Positions 13,021-21,956 of a stretch of 29,958 nucleotides of DNA are shown one piece after another; position 1 is the stretch's first letter; each line of letters starts with the position of its first letter. This stretch comes from Trichodelitschia bisporula (taxonomy: Eukaryota), in contig ML996707.1 in NCBI GenBank assembly GCA_010356995.1, positions 496,001-525,958 on the forward strand, read 5' to 3'. The position numbers were made by a program, and so were the translations under genes. Under the pieces are notes generated by a model. The model saw only the letters and a program-made list of their open reading frames with translations, made no database searches and was not told the origin of the DNA.

Positions 13021-13447
13021 TTACAACTTTCCCCGATCGAAACCTGCAACGCCCTTTGTCGAGATGACCTTCATCGGCTCTGTCAGCAGATCTTCCTTCT
13101 TCATTGCGCGGCCAAAGTCCTTGAATGCGGCGCTGGAGCCGTGGGCGCGCAGGGCCGCGACATCGGTGTATCTATGATGTAAGCAGTACCCGGCCAGCGC
13201 GGGGTGCAGCCTATCATACCTCTCCAGCAAGACGAAAGTCGGAGTATCGCCCTTCACCTCACGCTGGAGGTGGTAGCGGAGAGTGCCCGGCTCATTCTGC
13301 TTCACGTGGTTGGCAAAGTTGCCCATTATTTCCTCGAACTGGGAGCATCAGACAGGCTCAATTGGCAACAGACGTCGAGCTCTCACTAACCCTATCAGCC
13401 TTGCCAGGCTTGGGCTTGAAGATGACAACGATTTCGATTTCAGACAT
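13021..13447 (-). CDS. ABM/Dabb-family dimeric alpha-beta barrel protein (antibiotic biosynthesis monooxygenase-like); introns 13339-13390 and 13172-13219
   Basis: Spliced product MSEIEIVVIFKPKPGKADRFEEIMGNFANHVKQNEPGTLRYHLQRE...FVLLERYTDVAALRAHGSSAAF, with the characteristic EPGtlxY and E-x-Y...H pattern. Confidence 0.85.
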
Positions 13448-13640
13448 TGTGATTGTGGTGTTTCAATGGATGGGAAAGACTGGAATTTTATTTGCGAGTT
13501 GATGCGGCCGCTCTGGAATTAGCTAACGCGAGTGCAGGGTCGGATGTACCGAGGCCGATGACGCGGGGCTCACCCCGCACTCCCCGGCAATGCCTTGCAT
13601 CACACTAAACCGGACCGAATCTCTATCTACCAACCCTTGT

Positions 13641-14641
13641 CTATTGATCGTCCCCTTTAGGTTTGACCAGATGCTGCGCATCCTCTGTAATTGCGAAGTC
13701 TGGCCTTTCGAGTTCAAAAGCCTGCATGATCCGCCCGTAGCTAATGCCCCCAAGCCTTGAGATCGGACGAAGCACCTGTATGGTCAGAAAACACTCAACA
13801 ATTGGCAAAAAGCCTTACCGCAGGATCAATGAGATTCTTGTCCTCATTGATAGCATCATCTCTAGCCCAGAATTGCACGCCCTCGAGGATGACGAGGACA
13901 TTCGTCTTCTTCCCTGGGGTCACACGGCTTTCGAACTCGCGCGTCTCGACGAGTTTAGCTTCAATGGAGAAGACGGCTTCTTTGACGCGCGACGCCTTGA
14001 CATGCGTACACGGCGCTGCGTGCAGGCCCGATAGCGCCCACTCCGAGACGCCGTAAGGGGCGTTGATCGAGGTCGCGTTCGCTGCTTCGGCGAAGTGCTC
14101 AGAGATGATATTGATGCAGCCTAGGCGGTCAGCGAGTTGCATCTCGTGATAGAGCGCACCTACATTCGCCCGAGTCCACCAAGTTCCGCAAGCTGTCCTT
14201 TGCCTTCTCCATTCCGCCCGAGAAACTGACGATGAAGAGCGGCGGATCGTGCCCGATGACATTGAAGTACGAAAACGGCGCGAGATTTGTGCTCGTTCCT
14301 GCACCAGCCTTAGCATCGCCCAACATACATCCAAGCTCCTAACCGTCCTTGCTCCTGGTACTCAAAAACCCAATCGGCCGCGGAACAATCGCCGAAATAA
14401 GCAGCTTGTAGTTGAACGTCGCCGGCCTTCCCTCCTCATACGGGTCAATAGGCACATGCTCCTTACTCAAGCTCGCCCCGCCATCATTCCCGCCATTGCC
14501 CAACTTCCAGTCCGTCTTCCGCGTCTGCGTGAACTCGGGCGGCGCATCCTCATGCCATGCCGGCCGTCCAGCTTCGACTTTTTTGAAGTCCGGGTGCGGG
14601 TTGCGCTGGATCTTCTTTTCGGCATCGACCTTTTGCGACAT
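13641..14641 (-). CDS. Flavin reductase-like FMN-binding protein, three introns
   Basis: Motifs RNPHPDFKKVE, YKLLISAIVPRPIGFLST, NLAPFSYFNVIGHDPP, NIISEHFAEAANATSINAPYGVSEW, last exon VLRPISRLGGISYGR ending TAG at 13641-13643. Confidence 0.9.
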
Positions 14642-15595
14642 GTTGTGAGCGTGGGTGGGGGTGGGGGTGATGTGGAGGCGGGGTAGGTGACGTCTTGAGT
14701 CCCACGTTTAAGTAGAGGACGGAAGCGAATCCGCTGCGACATGCGTGGAGGCATTAAATTTATGTATCGCATTATTGCGCACCAGCAAGGTGAGATTCAC
14801 CGGAAGTGGCAGGTGGTGGTTAGACATGATTGGCCTCGGCAAGGCTAGAACTGCTGACAGATTGTTCGAAGCATATTATGCATCCATGTCTGGGGAGTGC
14901 ATCGAAACTGCTCTTCGTCACTGCTACATCATAGATCTAGACTGTAGATCGACGCTTATCGCTTCCCGCAAAGCTTAACCGGCGTACCTCGAGGCTTATC
15001 ACCTCAAACGTGAACCGATGTCATAGCCGGGAGCAAAATTACACGCTGAGGTTAGGCATCTGAGATTAGAGTCTCTTGAGAGGTAGCATACCACAGTACA
15101 CACCCTTCATGTGTGCTGTCCAAGATGATCCCAGCCTATCGCGCCCCCTGATGCCTCCTGCAAGGCACACAGTTCAGAGTGGGGGGCGTTGGTGACAGGT
15201 TGCTGTGTCAGGTGTTGTGCTCGCGCTGAGGCGGTTGAGAAGATGCCGATGCGGGAGCCATAGCCGGAGTGGCGCACTGCTTCACCGGAACTGTTAGATC
15301 AACGTGTGTCATCGAACGTGTAAGGTTGCTCACTTTCCCCGGACCTAGAGCTTACCCTCGGTCGCCCAGTGGCGGACGACGTAAGGTGCGAGCACTTGAT
15401 GGAGCTCGTGAAAGCTAGAGTTGAGCACACGCGGGAGGTCAAAGCGACCCCGTTCAGCATGAGCGCATGTACACGGTAACCAAGTTCTCGCATTCCTAGA
15501 ACAATCAAACGCCATCACCGTACAGCGCTAAGCCGACCAAGCTGCAACCTATGCTAATTATAGACGAAAACGAATGGGAATCGTACAAAAAAGCT

Positions 15596-16718
15596 TTATA
15601 CCGCGCTGTATCCACCCCTCGATCCGCCGCTTTGCACGGTTGAAACGACTCTCCTGCCCCAGTCCTTCATGAGGAACGGGATATCGCGGATCGCATCTCC
15701 GTGAGGCACCATATCTAGACCACGTGCGCCATACCTCGAAAAAGTTAGCTTGTGCGGCTTGCTCATCGCCGGTGCCTTACCTGTTGTAGTTCAACCAAGA
15801 GCCGAAGATAAGGTATGCAGCAACGACCATGAAGAGACTATGCGCGTTAGCTATGAATATAGCCCCCGGAATCTCATAACACCCACATAATGATGAACCA
15901 GGTGAAAAATCCCCAGCCTCCCGAGCTGGAAGATGGCTGACCGTTGGAATCTTCGCATGCATACTTTGTACGCCAGTCGAGCCGTAGAACGCCCCATTCA
16001 TCATCACGAATAGTCTCCGTCTTGTAGCTGATAAAGCTCAGACTCTTCGTAAGTGGCTTCTCTGCGCCCTTCTTCGGTTCGTCGCGCCTTGTGAGAGATT
16101 CGCCGTCGTCATCGATCTTATCCCGGTTGTCCGGCTCGTCGCCCTCCAGCCCAGTACGATCGCGGTCGCAGATAAACTCGATGATAGCCTTTTGCTTCAC
16201 GCCGCCTTTGTTGAGGGGGTCCTTGCCCCCCTTCATCTCCAACCGCACGCCCTCTCTTTCCGCATCCGCATGCGACCCAGATGTGCGAAGGCGCGTCGGC
16301 GTGATTTCGAGAGGCGTTCCGGTCTTGAGCGTGTAGTCACCGGCGATGGGTACAACATGCGCGATAGTGGACGTGTTGTCAACGGGATTTGAGATGCGTT
16401 GTATTCCACACACTGGCGGAATCAGCGATAGCCACCAGGTACTTCGTTCTACCAACCTCTAGTCATCCCGGGACACTCGTCCGAGGCGGGCACTCCTTTC
16501 GTCCGTCTCAACGGTCGACATATATCCAGCGTGAACGTCCAGTTCGAGATCCCAGGACTCAGCTCCCGGATGTAGTGCACCGAATGCGGTCCTCCCAGCT
16601 CTCCGAGGTTCCATTTAACTTTGTCTTGCACAATGGCCTTGCAGTCGAAGCCGAGACCGGCGATTAAACTTGGTAAGGAGGCCAGGGCAGCAGCTGTGTG
16701 CAGCGACGAGCGAACCAT
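15596..16718 (-). CDS. ATG27: Autophagy-related protein 27 (type I membrane protein with MRH-like lumenal domain), multi-exon
   Basis: Signal peptide, FDC...LGGPHSV, TLDICRPL, LRLDWRTKYACE, TM region WGFFTWFII...AAYLIFGSWLNYNRYGARG, C-terminal RGGYSAV sorting motif. Confidence 0.92.
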
Positions 16719-17124
16719 GATGGAAGCCGGAGGTCGCCGACAGCGAGGCAGGGCAGTATAGCCTCTTAGAAAAGTTAAATGAGTCTGTAAGAAGGGAAGA
16801 TGAAGAGGGTCGTGGCACAAGCGTGGTGGTTTGACGGGTCTGAGAGACTTGATGGCACGCGGCCATGTCGGCATGACGCTGTTCGCTGATCGATGGCAGG
16901 TTATGCACGTGATCATTCTCGCACAAGGGTCAAGGACCACCTTAAAAAGTCGTGGCAGTCCTGTCAGAATCTCTTTGCGGAAAGGGGCGGCCACGACATT
17001 CTCTGGTGGCCATTGGCTCGGCAGATAAACGGCTCAATTCAACCCTCAAGCTTCACGGAGCGGACAAAGAACCATCTCTTGTGTAAATTATCTCTTCATA
17101 ATTATGTTCCCGCTAACTACAAGC

Positions 17125-17139
17125 ACATACGGCCATAGG
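17125..17139 (+). rRNA. 5' end fragment of a 5S rRNA gene, disrupted by element insertion
   Basis: ACATACGGCCATAGG matches the recalled ascomycete 5S 5' end (ACATACGACCATAGG). A TCATAAT box starts 29 nt upstream (17096). The rest of the 5S gene is not seen in the window. The match is short. Confidence 0.55.
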
Positions 17140-17164
17140 TCGGAGACTGCACCTACGTTCGCGT
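17127..17164. other. Putative hybrid recombination site (attL-like): 14-bp arm / 10-bp spacer / 14-bp arm
   Basis: ATACGGCCATAGGT-cggagactgc-ACCTACGTTCGCGT, 9/14 inverted complementarity. Positionally homologous to the perfect site at 29190. Confidence 0.55.
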
Positions 17165-17467
17165 TCCCAATTTGGTAAAACTCTGAATTTAGGCTAGCGT
17201 CATATATCCTTTGTCATCAGGCTTGGCGAATATTGTCTAATTAAAGTTGCCATTATTAAGCGCGCGACTACGGAAGGGAACTGTCGATTCTGCTTTTCAA
17301 CTTTTCAAAACTCCAGGACGACGAATAAGGCGTCCTCAGATGCCTTCGGTAGGGGCGTTGTTAGATGGTCCTTAGGAGGGCTGGGAGGTAAACTGGTTAA
17401 TGCTCTGACTTAAATATCCCCGAAGACCAGTGCTGGTTCAGAAGTCAACCTTCTGCCCTCGATCTAA

Positions 17468-19029
17468 ATGTCAACGCAAAACTTCGCTCACCTTCTCTCT
17501 AGGCTGAAAAGCCGCCGAGTGGAGGCAAGATACTCGAAATCGGCAAAACACAGCCTGAGCCGAATCCACCGCCAATGGAAAGAGTTCTGTGAAGCTGCAC
17601 GAGCCTCCGATATACCTAATGGAGATGCACTTTTCAGTGACCCTGAAAAGTATATGGCGGAGGCTGACCCTGAGCTGGTTATGTTGTTCCTGAAATGGAC
17701 TTTGGACACGCGAAAGGGAATCCGAAAAGAGATAACTATTAACGCCTACTATGACCGGTGGCACACCACTCGAAGACAAATACCGCATCACCGAGCGTGG
17801 AGCCTTGAGGACAGGAAGCGTGTTAATTCAGTAAGAGACTCATCTTGATAAACTCGAAACTAATTTTGTATAGTTCATCTCTTTGGATCTAGCCTCTGAG
17901 CATGGACTCAGTAGAGAACGACAGCCGAAGCCTGTCCTAAGCTTTGCCGATATTACCATCCTTCTCAACCACCTTTGGAAATGGGACAGGCTGCAGTATA
18001 GAAACGAGAGATTACGAGTCCAAGTGGCCTTGGTTTTACTGATTTCGATGGCTATGGCAACAAGGCCAGCGGCATTGCTTGAGACGGAGTACGCCAAAGA
18101 AGATCTTGGGGAACCACCCAAAGTACTTTGTTATGAGCATGTCAGGCTCTTCTTAGTCCGCGATTCCGAACGGATGAGACAGAAGCTGGTTCTGGAAATC
18201 AACCTTGTCTTTCACAAAGGATATGAGCGAAATCCCAAACCGTAACTTCAGTTTGGCATTTGCATGCTAATAATCTTCTACAAGAACCACCCACATTCTT
18301 ACCGAGACAGAGAATCTTATCGTTGATCCCATAATACTCCTGCTGGTTCTCGCATTCCAGGATGACGCCTTTAGGGGAGGAATCAAATCATATGAAGACA
18401 TTCAAAGACTTGTTATCCCGGATCATCTTGAGAGGTTGAAACTCTCCTGGCAGCCAAATATGCACGGCATTCCAGTGTTTCGTCAAGCAAAACCACGCAG
18501 CAAAGAGATGGAAAGCAGGAAGCCTTTCGCATATACGTCATATTTGCACTACATGCAACGCCTTGGTGCGGAGGCGGGGTTCCAGACTATGCTCACGCCT
18601 TACATGATTCGGCGCGGTGTTGGAGAGGCGCTTGAAAGTCAGTATGCTTCTTTCCACGTAGTAATTTAACATCATCGTCTGTAGATCCGCAACGGAGCAA
18701 CAACTTCAACAACTTATGGGTCATCGGCTTGATCGAACGTTCCAGTCCTATATCAACCGCGTAAGTCAAGTGCATACGCAGGCAGTCTTTGCCAATGAGG
18801 AGCCGGACCACGGGGCTATGGACCTGCTGTCACACCAAGCCGTCAACCGGGACCCGCGTGCCCAGCCGTCCAATATGGTGCTACGGCACCAGCCTGGTTA
18901 CAACTCTCAGCCCGGTCTTTCCCAGCTCTTGAAGAAAAGGGATGATGCAAAATTCGCAATTCTGATGACTGGGTCAACCGTCAGAGATGCACATATGAAC
19001 TGTCCTGATCTTGCTCAGCTGTATAAAAC
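17468..19029 (+). CDS. DUF3435-like tyrosine recombinase (Starship captain), truncated at the C-terminus by LTR insertion; introns 17831-17873, 18242-18284, 18642-18684
   Basis: Spliced frame is open for ~477 codons, with MATRPAALL (R), VFHKG (K), LLLVLAFQDDAF, LTPYMIRRG (R), QLMGH (H), TFQSY (Y). Confidence 0.88.
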
Positions 19030-19296
19030 TGTCATGGGAGGATACCATCTCTCCCATGTCAAATGGCCACATGTCCTGTATGGGTCACGTGACTCGGCAA
19101 GATTGATGCCGGATGCTGCAATTCCAGCCCCGGCTAGACTTGCCGGTGAGGGCTTGGCGCTGGCCTGTGCGCTAGCACCCCCAGCTCCCCCACGCTCCAC
19201 ATTCAGACGCGAAACCTTTACATAGTTCTTCAAGCTTTCAATGAATCTTATTCCACAACCAATGCTGTGCAGCCAGTGATTTGTGCGCCCCTGACA
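19030..19296 (+). mobile_element. Probable LTR of a Ty3/Gypsy-like retrotransposon (267 bp)
   Basis: Begins TGTCA and ends TGACA. Begins where captain-like sequence stops and is followed by a gag-like sequence. No matching TSD (AAAAC vs ATATC) and no second LTR seen. Confidence 0.65.
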
Positions 19297-19419
19297 ATAT
19301 CTAAGAACCATAAGCTAGAAGAGCCCAGCGCTACGTCTAAATGACTTATACTAAATATAAGTAATCTTAGGGCAGCGCCTACTATTAAAAGCGGTACCTC
19401 GATCTTAATCGATTAATCG

Positions 19420-19906
19420 TCCTACCAATGCTTCTGTTCTCTATCCCACCGAGCATGCCAAGCTCCACTACATCCTGTTCCGCACCAAAGGAAAGATGTC
19501 CGCTCCGATCGTCGGCCGCATAGGAAAGATAGCATGAATCATTACCAGTCTGCGGAGATGATCAAGGATCTCACTCAGGCCCTTGGTGATTATGACGCCA
19601 CCCGTCGTGCGGAACGTCGCCGCGACGATCGTTCCGACTTCCCGATGAAGGAGAACGAGGATCTCGGGAGTACATCACTCGGTTCGCTAGCGTGGTCAAC
19701 GACATCCCTTGGTACCATTATAGCCCGGGTGTCGAGAGGCAGAAAACCAATCTCTTCCGCCAGAACTTAACGAAGGAGATCCTTCAGGCTGTCTGCCACA
19801 TGGACGAGGACCTCGGCTTTGAAGCTATCCGCTGTGCTGCTGCCAACTACTATCATAACGCGCACCGTGACAGGGTTAGAAGATATATTGATCAGGCAGT
19901 AAGTTA
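19420..19906 (+). pseudogene. Frameshifted retrotransposon gag-like remnant
   Basis: Across frames: YPTEHAKLHYILFRTKGK...NHYQSAEMIKDLTQALGDYDATRRAE...YITRFASVVNDIPW...KTNLFRQNLTKEILQAV, resembling fungal Gypsy capsid regions. Confidence 0.55.
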
Positions 19907-20117
19907 GGGAGGTGGGTATTTCTAGTATAAGCTCCGACTACTTATCAAGTTAAAGATACTCCGAAGGAAGAAGAACCGGTAACTCCCTTTTAGCTCCATA
20001 CCATACCCTCCACGGTTTAGCAGAATAGACCTGGGGCAAAACTATTCGAGCGTCTAAGGCGACATATCCCCTACTGCTGAGCGGCCTACCGGTACTATAG
20101 CCTATACTCCCTCCACC

Positions 20118-20563
20118 TTCTAGCGGCCTACCTCCTACTTTATTAGGCGGCATATTCCCTACCACCTAGCGGCATATCCCCCACCAATCGGCACATCCCA
20201 TACCACCTAGCTGCGTATCCCCTACCACTTAGCGGCATAGCCCCTATTAAAGGTCAGTGTGGGTCCAAGGTGCCAGGGCTACCCGTAACAAGTCCTGAGC
20301 GAGCCCCCCGGGACTGTTTACTAGAGAAGCGCTCATAACTCTTAGGTGTACCCTGGACCCACATATGCGACATTGACCTTTAATAGGCCTGATACCGTAG
20401 TACCTAGCGGCGTATCCCCTACCACCTAGCGGCATATCCCCTACAACCTAGCGGTATATTCTCCACCTAGCGGCATATCCCCTCCCACCTAGCGGCATGT
20501 CCCCTACAATTTAGCGGCACATATCCTACTACCTAGCTGCATATCCCCTACCACTTAACGGCC
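20118..20563. repeat. Two blocks of a ~22-bp minisatellite (ACCTAGCGGCATATCCCCTACC) at ~20118-20246 and ~20402-20563; TpA-rich, RIP-like
   Basis: Units counted directly (~6 and ~7.5 copies). Both blocks end in ACCTAGCTGC(G/A)TATCCCCTACCACTTA(G/A)CGGC. Confidence 0.85.
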
Positions 20564-20575
20564 TAGACCGCTTCT

Positions 20576-20674
20576 GAATGGCCCTCGAGCGTCTGCAGCG
20601 CCTTTCCCGACCTGGCGTCCCACAGCCTAGGACGCCGGGTCGGGAAAGGCGCTGCAGACGCTCAAGGGCCATTC
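20576..20674. repeat. 45-bp inverted repeat made of head-to-head WD40 repeat units
   Basis: Arms 20576-20620 and 20630-20674, 2 mismatches, 9-nt loop. Confidence 0.85.
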
Positions 20675-21381
20675 GAGTGNNNNNNNNNNNNNNNNNNNNN
20701 NNNNNNNNNNNNNNNNNNNNNNNNNNNNNNNNNNNNNNNNNNNNNNNNNNNNNNNNNNNNNNNNNNNNNNNNNNNNNNNNNNNNNNNNNNNNNNNNNNNN
20801 NNNNNNNNNNNNNNNNNNNNNNNNNNNNNNNNNNNNNNNNNNNNNNNNNNNNNNNNNNNNNNNNNNNNNNNNNNNNNNNNNNNNNNNNNNNNNNNNNNNN
20901 NNNNNNNNNNNNNNNNNNNNNNNNNNNNNNNNNNNNNNNNNNNNNNNNNNNNNNNNNNNNNNNNNNNNNNNNNNNNNNNNNNNNNNNNNNNNNNNNNNNN
21001 NNNNNNNNNNNNNNNNNNNNNNNNNNNNNNNNNNNNNNNNNNNNNNNNNNNNNNNNNNNNNNNNNNNNNNNNNNNNNNNNNNNNNNNNNNNNNNNNNNNN
21101 NNNNNNNNNNNNCCGGCTCGGGAAAGGCGCTGCAGACGCTCGAGGGCCATTCGGAAGATTTCATGGCCGTGTCCTCCTGGTTGGACGGCAAACAGTCGCT
21201 AGGTTCCGGATCGGATTCTCCACGTTTGAGAGTTATCAAGGAATGGATAACCATATGCGCGGAAAAACGTCTTTGGCTTCCAGCCGAGTATCGCAGTCCG
21301 AGGACCGTCGCCGTTCACGGGGATAAGATTGGATTGGGGTATTCGTCCGGTCGAGTGCTGTGTATGGAATTCATTTGTTGA
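20628..21381 (+). pseudogene. C-terminal fragment of a HET-E-like NACHT-WD40 (NWD) NLR; WD repeats mostly hidden in the assembly gap
   Basis: *DAGSGKALQTLKGHS before the gap. After it: GSGKALQTLEGHS...EWITICAEKRLWLPAEYRSPRTVAVHGDKIGLGYSSGRVLCMEF, the typical NWD tail. No NACHT domain visible. Confidence 0.8.
20680..21112. other. Assembly gap (N run)
   Basis: Run of N. Confidence 1.
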
Positions 21382-21956
21382 AGTGTCCCTTGACCTCCTC
21401 CCCACCCACCTCCGTTGCGGTCTGAGCCCTTTTATACCTTTTTGAGAGTGAAAGTGGCAAGGGATTACAAATGGGAATGGTACGGCTTTGAAATCAAGCA
21501 CTCCAATAGCAAATGGTAACAGTGGCATACAAAGATATCGCCAGATCAGTGAAGTAATGGCTTCAATGCAATGGGGATCTGGAAACATCTGGAATTAGCC
21601 ATTCCTTCAGTGCATAGAGAAGGTATGATGGAATGTAGTGGCCGTGTTCAATGTTTGCCACTCCCAGCCACATGCTCGGCGCTTGTCCTCCATTCCCCTA
21701 TACGCACTTCCACACGCCCTTCCACATACACGTACCTCCCATACACACGCTCCCCCCACACACGCGCTGCTCCGGGTCCGTAAACAATCTGACATACTCG
21801 GGTCTATTTACCCGGCCTGGGTGCTCGCTCAGGCCTACCCCGGCCCTGACTGTCCAATTAACCATTTTGAATCGCTCATGAAGGGAATCACACTCCAGCC
21901 TCGCCTCGATCAACAGTGTAGCGAACAGGCCACGCCTGCTGTAGCCCAGGAGCCAA

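Noticed and set aside
19030..19296. Solo LTR interpretation
   Set aside because: No target-site duplication, captain sequence does not resume, and gag-like sequence follows.
20118..20563. CRISPR-like appearance of short repeats
   Set aside because: Units are contiguous with no unique spacers, and the context is eukaryotic; this is a minisatellite.
20529..21381. Long ORFs spanning the N run
   Set aside because: Artefacts of translating through the gap.
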